A model generated the notes under the pieces. That model saw only the letters and a program-made list of their open reading frames with translations, did not search any database and was not told where the DNA came from. Positions 38,733 to 49,828 of a DNA stretch of 62,501 bases are shown in pieces. The DNA comes from Alphaproteobacteria bacterium (lineage in GTDB: Bacteria > Pseudomonadota > Alphaproteobacteria > Rickettsiales > UBA8987): contig JAUIEX010000003.1 in NCBI GenBank assembly GCA_030429725.1, forward strand, positions 1 through 62,501. The letters run 5' to 3'. Each line of letters begins with the position of its first letter. The first letter of the stretch is position 1. The translations under genes and the position numbers were made by a program.

Positions 38733-41700
38733 CTATTTTTGCTGAATTTTTGGGGTTAAACCCATAAATTGCGCCATGTTATTCAGGCGCTTAACAATGG
38801 AGCTGTTCATAATATCCAGCGCTGTCGGATACGTTAAAATCAGCTGCTGATCAGCCACTTCAAGATCGGTTTGCTCCAGAATTTCCGGAATCGTGCCGGA
38901 AAGCTGGTGCGCCAGCCGCATGGAAATACCCAATTGTTCGGCTTTTCTCTGCCAGGTTTTCGGCAGTAATTTTTGTGCTCTTTTCATCAATTTCTTATCC
39001 TGCGCCGAGCGGTAGCGATGGTAGAGCGCGGTGGCCACAAACACCCGCTCCGGGTGGGTGATGCCGGGCAATTCGGCGTCCATCACCCAGCGCCAGCCCA
39101 TTTCCGCGCGATATTCCGTGTGGTTATGCCAGGCAATACGGCTGAGGATGCAGGCCGTTTTGCGAAGGCGGCGCAGATTGGGCGCCTCCTCCGGGTAAAG
39201 CGGGTTGAGCCAGCGATGCAGGCTTAAGCCATGACGCACCCAGCGATTCGTCTCCCCACCGCCATGTTGCGGCGCAATATGCGCCATTTCATCGGTGGCG
39301 GCCGTCACCAGCGCATCCTGCAGGCGCTGCTCATCGGGCAGCTGGTCAAACAGCACCCCTTCCCGCACGCCATGGGTGGAAAAAACAATGGATGAGGGCT
39401 GCGAAAAAAGGATGACCTGTTGGAAAATCATGGCGGAGAGCGTTAATGTCTGGGCACGTGGGGCGCTGAGGGTAAATTGCACCTCCATTTCCTCAGCCGA
39501 CATGGCCATGAGGCTTTCTAAGGTTGGCAGCAGTGCCTCCGGCGTAATTTCATAATGGGTAATCACCTGCACCGGATGTTTGTGATGCTGCATGTGGATT
39601 TTGGCGATGGTGCGCAGCGCCCCGCCCACGGCATAGAGCGTCCGGCCATTCATCATCTGTTTCAGCGGAATGGATTGCAGCGCCTGCCGCACGGCACGCG
39701 TGGCGCTTTTCATGGAGGCTTCCGGTGTTTGTTTTTCCGCCACCAGCCGCAGCGGGCCAATGGGAAAACTGATGGGAGCCGGCAGATCGTCACCCTGCTG
39801 TTCCTCCGGCGGGGCGATCTGTGCCACCTCAAGGCTGCCGCCGCCAAGATCAATCATAATGCCGCTGGGCTGATGCACTACCGAGGCCACGCCCATAGCG
39901 GAATAGCGGGCTTCTTCCTCCCCGGAAAGCACGCGCACCTCCAGCCCGCAAACGGCTTTCACCTCCGTCACAAAATCAGCGCCATCTTCCGCATCGCGCA
40001 CGGCCGCCGTGGCAATGGCAAAAATCTTCGGCACATTCAGTGTGTTAAGCAGGATGGCAAAGCGCTTTAGCGCCTGAAGCGCCGTGTGGCGACCTTCCGG
40101 GTGCAGCCGCCCGCTGGTCAGCATGCCACGCGCCATGCCGCAAAGAACTTTCTCGTTATGCTCCGGCAGCGGGGTTCGTTTTAACCCGTCATAAATGACC
40201 AGCCGCACGGAATTTGAGCCAATATCAATCACCGCGATGCGGGGCAGATGGATGCGGGGCAGATATTCAAAATCACCATGAGCGGGGTTTTTTCTCTGGT
40301 CTTCCGCCGCCTGTTCGGCAATGGCCAGCGCCGAGCCGCGCCCGGAAAGGCTTGGGTTGCTCATGAAATAATCATGGGCGCAAAACGAGCTTGGCGTGTA
40401 GGTGAGGCGTTCATAGCTGCCGTCACCATGCAGCATCCAGCTTTGGCGCATATCTTTCAGGTTTGCGCTCATAATCTGGTTGAGAATTTGCTCATGCACC
40501 GTGCCACTACGGATCGGCACCATCAGCTCCACCCGACGATGCATGTTACGCTGCATCCAGTCTGCCGAGCTGATAAACACTTTCGTATAGCGGCTGGGCA
40601 GCGGAAACCCCCCGCCGAAGCAGAAAATGCGCGCATGCTCCAGAAAGCGCCCAACAATGCTCTTCACGCGGATGGTTTCGCTCATGCCTTTAACGCCCGG
40701 CTTCAGGCAGCAAATACCGCGGATCACCAGATCAATCTCCACCCCGGCGCGGGAAGCATCATAGAGCTTGCGGATCAGCACCGGATCCACCAGCGCATTC
40801 ATTTTCAGCCAGATGGCCGCCGGTTTGTCCGATTGCGCAAAGGCAATTTCTTCATCAATAAGCTGCAATAAGGTGCGCTGTAAATTGGCCGGTGCAATCA
40901 CGAAATGATCAAAATTATCCGCCAGATGCTGGGTGGCATCACTGTCGCGCAGCAGGGCGGTACGGCTAAGCTCAATGAAGAGCTGCTCCATATCCCCACA
41001 TAAACCGGCATCATAGGTAAAGTAGGATAAATCACTGAAAATCCTTGCGGAAATTGGGTGGTAATTGCCGGTGCCAAGATGGGCATAACGCTCGGTACGG
41101 CCACCCACTTTACGGGTCACAAGAGAGGCTTTGAGGTGGGCTTTAATGCCCGGCAGGCCATACACAACCCTCACCCCGGCCTGTTCCAGCCGCCTTCCCC
41201 ATTGCAGGTTGGAAGCCTCATCGAAACGCGCCTTCACCTCCACAATCGCCAGCACATCCTTGCCGGCGCGCGCTGCTTCTTCCAGCGCCTGTATGATCGG
41301 CGAGTCGGCCGAGGTGCGGTATAATGTCTGCTTGATGGTGGTCACATACGGATCATGTGCGGCCTGCCGCAGATATTGAACCACCACATCAAAGGTTTCA
41401 TAGGGGTGATGCACCAGAATATCCTTGGCGCGGATGGCGGCAAAACAATCTCCGCCAAAATCATTGATACGCTCCGGGAAGCGCGTGCGGTAGGCCGGAA
41501 ATTTCAGATGGTCATAGGGCAAAGAAGCCAGCTCCATCACATCGCGAATTCCCAGCATGCCCACGCTTTGCGTCACGCGCTCCAGCGGCAGGGTGATTTT
41601 CTGCCGCAAAATCTGCAGCAGTTCCGGGTGAATATCGCCGCTGATTACCTGCCGGACAATGCTGGCTTTCTGGCGTTTGCGCAGCGCATCTTCAAACTGG

Positions 41701-42452
41701 CTGACCAGATCATCCGCCTCTTCAATAATATCCAGCTTGGCATCGCGGATCAGCCGGAAACTGCCCGCCTTCACCACATGATATCCGGGGAAGGAGCGAG
41801 TGGCAAAATGGGTGATGATTTCTTCCAGCGGCAGCAGGCGGCTTCCGATTTGCCCTTCCAGATTAGGCGCAAGCAGAAAGCGCGGAAGCGATTCCGGCAA
41901 AGGAATCAGCACATGGCTGAGCTTTTCCTCCTCCTGATGCCGGATGGTGAGGGTAAGGATCATCCGCAAATTGGGAAGGATGGGCAATGTTTCCTCTTCA
42001 CCCAGCCACACAGGCTTGATCTGGGGATAGATATTTTCGGTAAAATTATCCTCCATCCACTCCGCCAGATGGGGGATTGCGGCGGCATCTTCGGCGCGGA
42101 GCAAGTGGATATCCTCGGCGGCCATCAGCGCCATCAGCGATTGCCAGCATTCATGCTGACGGGCAACCTGCTCCGCCGTCTGGTGGTAAATCTCAACCAG
42201 CAGCTCCGAAGGGCGCAAGCCGGAGTCACGGATTTCGTCCATGTCGCGCTCCACCCGGCTCAGCAGGCCGGCCACCCGCACCATGTAAAATTCATCCAGA
42301 TTGGACGCGGTGATGGACAGAAATTTCACCCGCTCCAGCAGCGGATGGTTGCGGTTCTCCGCCTCTTCCAGCACACGCTGGTTAAAGGCCAGCCATGACA
42401 GATCACGATCCAGCAGATCGGTTTTTGACAACAGCGTTTGATGTGGCTTCAT
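38733..42452 (-). CDS. ppk1-ppx: Fused polyphosphate kinase 1 / exopolyphosphatase (Ppx/GppA)
   Basis: PPK1: RDLSWLAFNQRVL, HHPYETF, YAHLGTGNY, RFLEHAR. Ppx: IDIGSNSVRL, SGEEEARY, DLGGGSLEV. One 1239-aa frame. Confidence 0.92.
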   Translation of the reverse strand: MKPHQTLLSKTDLLDRDLSWLAFNQRVLEEAENRNHPLLERVKFLSITASNLDEFYMVRVAGLLSRVERDMDEIRDSGLRPSELLVEIYHQTAEQVARQHECWQSLMALMAAEDIHLLRAEDAAAIPHLAEWMEDNFTENIYPQIKPVWLGEEETLPILPNLRMILTLTIRHQEEEKLSHVLIPLPESLPRFLLAPNLEGQIGSRLLPLEEIITHFATRSFPGYHVVKAGSFRLIRDAKLDIIEEADDLVSQFEDALRKRQKASIVRQVISGDIHPELLQILRQKITLPLERVTQSVGMLGIRDVMELASLPYDHLKFPAYRTRFPERINDFGGDCFAAIRAKDILVHHPYETFDVVVQYLRQAAHDPYVTTIKQTLYRTSADSPIIQALEEAARAGKDVLAIVEVKARFDEASNLQWGRRLEQAGVRVVYGLPGIKAHLKASLVTRKVGGRTERYAHLGTGNYHPISARIFSDLSYFTYDAGLCGDMEQLFIELSRTALLRDSDATQHLADNFDHFVIAPANLQRTLLQLIDEEIAFAQSDKPAAIWLKMNALVDPVLIRKLYDASRAGVEIDLVIRGICCLKPGVKGMSETIRVKSIVGRFLEHARIFCFGGGFPLPSRYTKVFISSADWMQRNMHRRVELMVPIRSGTVHEQILNQIMSANLKDMRQSWMLHGDGSYERLTYTPSSFCAHDYFMSNPSLSGRGSALAIAEQAAEDQRKNPAHGDFEYLPRIHLPRIAVIDIGSNSVRLVIYDGLKRTPLPEHNEKVLCGMARGMLTSGRLHPEGRHTALQALKRFAILLNTLNVPKIFAIATAAVRDAEDGADFVTEVKAVCGLEVRVLSGEEEARYSAMGVASVVHQPSGIMIDLGGGSLEVAQIAPPEEQQGDDLPAPISFPIGPLRLVAEKQTPEASMKSATRAVRQALQSIPLKQMMNGRTLYAVGGALRTIAKIHMQHHKHPVQVITHYEITPEALLPTLESLMAMSAEEMEVQFTLSAPRAQTLTLSAMIFQQVILFSQPSSIVFSTHGVREGVLFDQLPDEQRLQDALVTAATDEMAHIAPQHGGGETNRWVRHGLSLHRWLNPLYPEEAPNLRRLRKTACILSRIAWHNHTEYRAEMGWRWVMDAELPGITHPERVFVATALYHRYRSAQDKKLMKRAQKLLPKTWQRKAEQLGISMRLAHQLSGTIPEILEQTDLEVADQQLILTYPTALDIMNSSIVKRLNNMAQFMGLTPKIQQK

Positions 42453-42570
42453 GCCACTATTCTGGGTGGGAAATGGTCAGATTGCAAATAGTTAAGTTAG
42501 GTTCTGTTGAGGAAACGCCGCTCTATGAGAAATCCAACAGGATTTCTCGGGAACACGCAACAAAGAACCC

Positions 42571-43134
42571 CTAAAAACGCTGTGCCAGAAAAATGGCCGC
42601 ACGGCTTCCGGCCTTGATGGCAGCTGTCAGAAGGGGATAGGCCACGGCCTGCTCGGCCGCATGTTCCAGCCCGGTATCGCGATGCTCCAGCTCTTCCTGG
42701 CGGAAACGCTCAATGCTGGTTTTCAGCGCGGCCTCTTCATCGGGCAGTTGGGCTAATTGCTCCTGATAATGCTCGTCAATCACCTCTTCCACCGCCACGG
42801 TGCAGGCCATGGCCGCCTTTTCACCCAGCAGAGCCGTGCCTGCGCCCAGCGCAAAACCCGCCACATGCCACAGCGGGTGCAGGATGGTGGGGCGCACGCG
42901 GCGTGCGGTCAGCTGGTTCTCAAAATAATCCAGATGCACTTGCTCCTGCGCCTTCATATGTTCAATCACCGGGGCGCATTCCTTGCCCTTAAGCACGGCC
43001 AACTGGCCTTCATAGATGCGTTTGGCGCCATATTCCCCGGCATGATCCACCCGGATCATCCGCGCAATGGCCTCCTTCGCCGGGCGATCTCCCGGCAGAG
43101 ATGCTTTGACGGCGGCATTATTTTTTTCCGCCAT
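42571..43134 (-). CDS. coq7: Demethoxyubiquinone hydroxylase
   Basis: IRVDHAGEYGAKRIYEGQ, EQVH, VAVEEVIDEHY, EELEHRD di-iron motifs; start MAEKNN at 43134. Confidence 0.93.
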   Translation of the reverse strand: MAEKNNAAVKASLPGDRPAKEAIARMIRVDHAGEYGAKRIYEGQLAVLKGKECAPVIEHMKAQEQVHLDYFENQLTARRVRPTILHPLWHVAGFALGAGTALLGEKAAMACTVAVEEVIDEHYQEQLAQLPDEEAALKTSIERFRQEELEHRDTGLEHAAEQAVAYPLLTAAIKAGSRAAIFLAQRF

Positions 43135-43699
43135 GGCCTTTCTCCGTTCCGTTGATGATGGCGCTGCGTGCCTGTTCCAGCGCCATGAACCCCATGGCGG
43201 AAAGCAGGCAATAAACCACATTCCACCCGGCCATGGTAATGCCAAGGAAGAAGAAGCCCGGCTCATCACAACGCACGGAAGCCGTGCCGAGAATCTGATG
43301 CCGCAAGGCTTCCACCGTGGCGGCCAGCCCGGTGCCGCCGCAATCTTCCGTGCCGGCCCACCAATGCTGCTCCACCCCCACATGGAAAAAGGCGATGGCG
43401 GCATTAACCAGAAAAGCCAGCACGGCCAGCACCATCAGAATGCGTAAACATCCCGGCTTATGGTGCGCCGGATGGGTAAAATAAAAGGCCAGCAATCCAA
43501 GCACCATCACAATAAAGAACGGCACACGCTGATAAAGACATAAAATACAGGGCTGAAGCCCATAACCATATTGCGCAATGTAAGCGGCGGCCAGTGGCAG
43601 CGCCCCGGCCATGAATAATTTTAGCGCCAGCAGCTTTGGCTGCGCAGCAACCAGACGCAGCAAGCCATAAGGACAATGAAGCGGTGCGTTTTTCCCCAT
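43118..43699 (-). CDS. dsbB: Disulfide bond formation protein B
   Basis: PCILCLYQR, HVGVEQHWW, periplasmic Cys pair (EDCG...VRCDE); start uncertain. Confidence 0.88.
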   Translation of the reverse strand: MGKNAPLHCPYGLLRLVAAQPKLLALKLFMAGALPLAAAYIAQYGYGLQPCILCLYQRVPFFIVMVLGLLAFYFTHPAHHKPGCLRILMVLAVLAFLVNAAIAFFHVGVEQHWWAGTEDCGGTGLAATVEALRHQILGTASVRCDEPGFFFLGITMAGWNVVYCLLSAMGFMALEQARSAIINGTEKGHGGKK

Positions 43700-43806
43700 G
43701 GCCTTAAGCTATAGGATTTTTTCGTTGCCGCCAAGCGCTAGGTTGACACAAGGAAAGACGAGCGGGGCGCTAAAGACTAAACACTGCGCCATGGCTATGC
43801 TACAAG

Positions 43807-44607
43807 ATGGTGATGACATCACATGAAGATAGCCGCCCGCGCGCGGAGCGCATTGCCAAAAAGATAGCCGCTGCCGGGCTCTGCTCCCGCCGGGAGGCGG
43901 AGCGCTGGATTGAAGCCGGGCGCGTACGGGTTAATGGCACACTCTTAACCAGCGCGGCCTGCGTGGTGAGCGCGGAGGACGTGATTCTGGTCGATGGCGC
44001 GGCGCTGGCAGCACCGGAAGCGGCGCGGGTTTTTCTGTTGCATAAACCGCGCGGCACAATCACCACCGAACATGATCCGCAAGGGCGGCCAACGGTGTTT
44101 TCGCTGGTGCCGGAAGGACTGCCCCGCCTGCTGAATGTTGGGCGGCTGGATGTGGAAACCGAAGGGCTGCTGTTATTGACCAATGACGGCGCATTGAAGC
44201 GGGCGCTGGAACAGCCGCAAAACGGGCTGAAGCGCACCTACCGCGTGAAGGTACATGGCGCGGTGACACAGCTGCAACTGGATGCATTGCAACAGGGGGT
44301 AACCGTCCGGCTTGCCGATAAGCAGGCGATGCATTATGCCCCGCTGGAAGCCAGATTAGAGCGCAGCGCCGGCCGTCAGCATTGGTTGAAAATGGTACTG
44401 GAAGAGGGTAAAAATCGTGAAATTCGGCATATCTGCGAGCATCTTGGGCTGAAGGTCAGCCGCCTGATCCGGGTATCTTATGGTGATTTTAAACTGGGGA
44501 ATCTTTCGCCCGGAGAGTTGGTTGAGGCGGAGAAAACCACTGTAAAAAGGCTGCAAAGACAGCTAGACACTGTTATTACATTAGGAGATATTCTGCCATG
44601 CGATTGA
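43807..44607 (+). CDS. rluB: 23S rRNA pseudouridine synthase (RluB/RsuA family)
   Basis: S4 domain (ERIAKKIAAAGLCSRREAE), VGRLDVETEGLLLLTNDG, EGKNREIR. Confidence 0.88.
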   Translation: MVMTSHEDSRPRAERIAKKIAAAGLCSRREAERWIEAGRVRVNGTLLTSAACVVSAEDVILVDGAALAAPEAARVFLLHKPRGTITTEHDPQGRPTVFSLVPEGLPRLLNVGRLDVETEGLLLLTNDGALKRALEQPQNGLKRTYRVKVHGAVTQLQLDALQQGVTVRLADKQAMHYAPLEARLERSAGRQHWLKMVLEEGKNREIRHICEHLGLKVSRLIRVSYGDFKLGNLSPGELVEAEKTTVKRLQRQLDTVITLGDILPCD

Positions 44608-44768
44608 TTTTGCTAAAGAACAAAGAAAATTTTGCAGAGAATAGCGGGTCTGTTTTCAAGAAATTTTCTGCCGTTATTGAGCAAAATCAGCCATGGCTCG
44701 TCGCACCAAAGGTGCGCCTACCAATGAAAGCCTGCCTCCGGCAGGATTTGAATAACAAACAGTGTCTA
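44564..44768. mobile_element. MITE-like palindromic element family B (205 bp, 11-bp TIRs, TA termini)
   Basis: TAGACACTGTT (44564-44574) and AACAGTGTCTA (44758-44768) are perfect inverted repeats; long internal stems. Confidence 0.65.
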
Positions 44769-44779
44769 AAAGGATAGAT

Positions 44780-45370
44780 ATGCGGATTACAGGCGGCAAA
44801 TTGAAGAGTAAGCGGGTAACGGCAAGGGACGATCGCTCCGTGCGCCCAACCTCCTCCATGATCCGTGAAATGATCTTCAATATTTTAAAGCATGGGCGCT
44901 ATCTTGGCCATGACGATTATCGGCCGGATGAAAATCCCAGCCGCGTGGATGGGCGCGTGGTGTTGGATATTTTCTGCGGCACGGGCATTCTGGCGATGGA
45001 GGCAATCTCCCGGGGGGCTTCCCGCGCCGTGCTGATTGATAAAAACCCGGAAGTGTTGAAGCAGGCGCGGATGAATGCACAGGCGCTGGGGCTTCTTTCC
45101 GAATGCCAGTTTATCCGCAGCGACTCCACCAATCTTCCCCCGGCGGCAACGCAGGCGGATTTGGTGTTTTTAGACCCGCCTTATCATCAGCATCTGGCAA
45201 CAAAAGCGCTGCAATCCTTGCGCTCGGAAGGGTGGCTGAAGGATGGCGCGCTGGTGGTGGTGGAACTGGCCAAGCAGGATGATATTCCCGTGGTGCCGGA
45301 CTTAATGCTGCTGGATGACCGGGTGCAGAATAAAACAAGGATTCTGGTTTACCAATTTCTGCTAAAATAG
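44780..45370 (+). CDS. rsmD: 16S rRNA m2G966 methyltransferase
   Basis: MRITGG, VRPTSSMIREMIFNIL, LDIFCGTG, FLDPPY. Confidence 0.93.
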   Translation: MRITGGKLKSKRVTARDDRSVRPTSSMIREMIFNILKHGRYLGHDDYRPDENPSRVDGRVVLDIFCGTGILAMEAISRGASRAVLIDKNPEVLKQARMNAQALGLLSECQFIRSDSTNLPPAATQADLVFLDPPYHQHLATKALQSLRSEGWLKDGALVVVELAKQDDIPVVPDLMLLDDRVQNKTRILVYQFLLK

Positions 45371-45437
45371 CGCTTGCGCCACAGCAACATTCGGGTATGT
45401 CTTAGGTAAATTTTTTGATGCCTTAAGGAGATTACGC

Positions 45438-46361
45438 ATGGATTTAAGTACATTTGGTCTGAAGCAGGATGACATCAATAGCTGGATTGATCTGGGGATG
45501 GCGTTTGCGGTGGATCTTGCCGTGGCGCTGGCCATTTTCATTGTGGGTAAAGTTATTGCCAAGCTGATCACCGGGCTAACGCGCAAGGCGCTGCGCCGCA
45601 CCAAAGCGGATGAAATGCTGGTGGGTTTTGTCGGCAATATTGTGTATGGCGTATTGATTGCGCTGGTGATGATTGCCGCAATCAGTCATCTGGGCGTGGA
45701 AACAACCTCACTGGCAGCGGTGATTGCCGCCGCCGGCCTGGCCATTGGGCTGGCGTTGCAGGGCTCTCTCTCAAATTTCGCGTCCGGCGTGATGATCATT
45801 GCCTTCCGCCCGTTTAAGACAGGTGACTTTGTGGAAGCCGCCGGCGTTTCCGGTTCGGTGAAAGAAATCAGCCTGTTTAACACCATCATTCTGACCGGGG
45901 ATAATAAAACCGTGATCGTGCCAAATGGCAATGTGATCGGCAATTCCATCATTAATTACTCCTCACAGAAAACACGGCGCGTGGATATGGTGTTTGGCAT
46001 TGGGTATGACGACGATATCAAAAAAGCGAAGGCGGTGCTTACGGAGATTGTGACGAAAGATAAGCGCGTATTGAAAGACCCCGCGCCCACCGTTGCCGTT
46101 TCCGAGCTGGGCGATTCCAGCGTGAATTTTGTGGTGCGGCCATGGGTGGCAACGGCCGATTACTGGGCCGTGTATTTTGATACGCATGAAGCGGTTAAAG
46201 AGCGTTTTGATGCGGAGGGCATCTCCATCCCGTTCCCACAGCGCGATGTGCATGTTCATGCCGTGGCACATTCACAGGCCGCCAAAGTCGGTGTGCCTCG
46301 GAAACCTGCGACTAAAAAACCCGCTGCAAAGAAACCTGCCGCGAAGAAGAAGGCCGCTTAG
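45438..46361 (+). CDS. mscS: Small-conductance mechanosensitive channel
   Basis: GLAIGLALQGSLSNFASG, RPFKTGD, ISIPFPQRDVH; KKPA-rich tail. Confidence 0.94.
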   Translation: MDLSTFGLKQDDINSWIDLGMAFAVDLAVALAIFIVGKVIAKLITGLTRKALRRTKADEMLVGFVGNIVYGVLIALVMIAAISHLGVETTSLAAVIAAAGLAIGLALQGSLSNFASGVMIIAFRPFKTGDFVEAAGVSGSVKEISLFNTIILTGDNKTVIVPNGNVIGNSIINYSSQKTRRVDMVFGIGYDDDIKKAKAVLTEIVTKDKRVLKDPAPTVAVSELGDSSVNFVVRPWVATADYWAVYFDTHEAVKERFDAEGISIPFPQRDVHVHAVAHSQAAKVGVPRKPATKKPAAKKPAAKKKAA

Positions 46362-46410
46362 TCACGCCTGTCACATGCCTTCGCATTCAGCAGCAATGCC
46401 TTAGGCCGCC

Positions 46411-46995
46411 ATGGATATCGCGCAGCAAAAAAAGCAGCTTCGCACCGGCATGCATGCCACCCGCGCGGCGCTGGGCGCACAAGAGCGGCGCGAGAAAGAA
46501 CATGCCATCAACGGCCATCTTTACGCACATTTACCGCAAGAGGATGGCAGGCTTACTATTGGCAGTTACAGCGCCATTAATGGTGAAGTTGGCCTGGAAT
46601 TTCTGCATGAAATACTGGTCGATGAAGGGCATAATATTGCGCTGCCTGCCATCACCGCCCCGAACGAGCCTTTGCAGTTCCGCCGTTGGCAGAAAGGGGA
46701 CGTGCTGGCAATACATCCCCGCCTTGGCATGGCGGAGCCATTGCCAACCGCCCCCACCTGCGCCCCGTCCATCCTGCTTGTGCCGCTGCTGGCCTGTGAC
46801 CGGCAAGGCAATCGTCTGGGCTATGGCGGTGGTTATTATGATCGCACCATCCGGAAATTACATGCTTCCCCTAAAGGGCTGCTGACCATCGGTGTCGGTT
46901 TTGCCTGCCAACAGGTGCTGCAGCTGCCCAGAGAGCCTCATGACGAAACGCTGGACGCACTGGTGACGGAAGAAGGCGTCCGACTCTTTGATTGA
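46411..46995 (+). CDS. ygfA: 5-formyltetrahydrofolate cyclo-ligase
   Basis: KKQLR, LLVPLLACDRQGNRLGYGGGYYDRT, PREPHD. Confidence 0.93.
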   Translation: MDIAQQKKQLRTGMHATRAALGAQERREKEHAINGHLYAHLPQEDGRLTIGSYSAINGEVGLEFLHEILVDEGHNIALPAITAPNEPLQFRRWQKGDVLAIHPRLGMAEPLPTAPTCAPSILLVPLLACDRQGNRLGYGGGYYDRTIRKLHASPKGLLTIGVGFACQQVLQLPREPHDETLDALVTEEGVRLFD

Positions 46996-47078
46996 TCCGC
47001 ACCATCATTCGTCACAAGGTATTTTTTGGCTTTATCTTTGCGTAAAGCCCTGCTAAACCACGCGCTCTTAAGAGTTGA

Positions 47079-48638
<1,560 letters not shown>

Positions 48639-48656
48639 CTTTAAGGCTGATTGCCC

Positions 48657-49058
48657 ATGGCAGAAAATTTCACGCTTGATATTGTCACCCCGGAAGCGCA
48701 GCTGGCCAGCCTTTCGGTTGCCAGCGTCACCGTGCCCGGCACGGAAGGGGATTTCGGGGTGCTGAATCTGCATGCACCGCTCATCAGCTCGCTGCGCTAC
48801 GGTGTGGTGGACGTGGTGGAGACCAACGGCAAAGCCCCCACACGTCTGTTCGTTAATGGCGGCGTGGTGGAAGTGACCGGGGATCGCTGCACGATTCTGG
48901 CGACGGAAGCCAAAGACCTGAAGGATGTCTCTAAAGCTGACGCGCAAACGGCCAAAACACATGCCGAAAAACTCCTTTCCAAAGCAACGGAGCCGGCCGC
49001 CATCCGCGCCGCACGCCGAAGCCTGGATGAGGCCACCGCATTGCTGGAAGCGCTGTAA
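48657..49058 (+). CDS. atpC: F0F1 ATP synthase epsilon subunit
   Basis: LDIVTPE, PGTEGDFGVL..HAP, GGVVEV; follows atpD. Confidence 0.93.
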   Translation: MAENFTLDIVTPEAQLASLSVASVTVPGTEGDFGVLNLHAPLISSLRYGVVDVVETNGKAPTRLFVNGGVVEVTGDRCTILATEAKDLKDVSKADAQTAKTHAEKLLSKATEPAAIRAARRSLDEATALLEAL

Positions 49059-49088
49059 CTCCCTCTTTTTCTGTGTTAGTCTGGCATA

Positions 49089-49742
49089 ATGCCCCGCAGA
49101 TTTTTTACATTCCCACCCCTCCCGTTGCTGCTTGCCGCACTGGCATGCTTCCTGCTGTCATCCTGCCTGCAGGTGATGCAGTTTGGTGATTATTGGGAAA
49201 AAGGCACGGTAGACACCTCGCTGGAAGGTTACTGGCAGTTTGATGAGGCCGGCGCTAACCGCATTAACATCGTGGCCATGAATGCGCCACATCACATGCT
49301 GTTCATTCAGATTGGTGAGCTGCTGATGCAGGGGCGAACGATCGAGGATCAAGGACAAAAAATCCTGATGCTAAAACCCTTCCATGAAGCTAAAGAGGCC
49401 GGCTGGGGCTGGCTGCTGCCTTACCGGAAACATGAAGGCAGCATCCGTTTTCAGCGCCCGGCAAAGAAGAATCCATCCGCCATCAATGCCTATTTCGCCA
49501 AATATTTTCCGAAGGAAAAAGGCAAGCCCGCGCCGCTGATTGCGCAGGTGGGCGGCAATTATGATGCGCTGCAGGCCACACAAATCACCCCGGAATTATT
49601 GCAGGCATGGCACCAGATGCGTGGCGCGGCCAATGTCTATGAAACGGTACTGTTTGACGTTACCCGCTTGAGCGACCCCGTCAATCCGCAGGCATTGTTG
49701 GAGCAATTCATCCCGCAGGATTTGCCCGGCGAGGAATGGTAG
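49089..49742 (+). CDS. Putative lipoprotein
   Basis: Lipobox-like LLSSC after a hydrophobic signal segment. Confidence 0.6.
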   Translation: MPRRFFTFPPLPLLLAALACFLLSSCLQVMQFGDYWEKGTVDTSLEGYWQFDEAGANRINIVAMNAPHHMLFIQIGELLMQGRTIEDQGQKILMLKPFHEAKEAGWGWLLPYRKHEGSIRFQRPAKKNPSAINAYFAKYFPKEKGKPAPLIAQVGGNYDALQATQITPELLQAWHQMRGAANVYETVLFDVTRLSDPVNPQALLEQFIPQDLPGEEW

Positions 49743-49828
49743 CCATCGCGCAGATCGTCTTTGATCCTCTGAAGGATGATGATAGAACGCCGAAAGTGAT
49801 GCAGGAAACGGCGTGTCCGGTCACCTGA

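Noticed and set aside
46362-46410. 6S RNA (ssrS), often found upstream of ygfA
   Set aside because: Only 49 nt separate mscS and ygfA, too short for a 6S RNA
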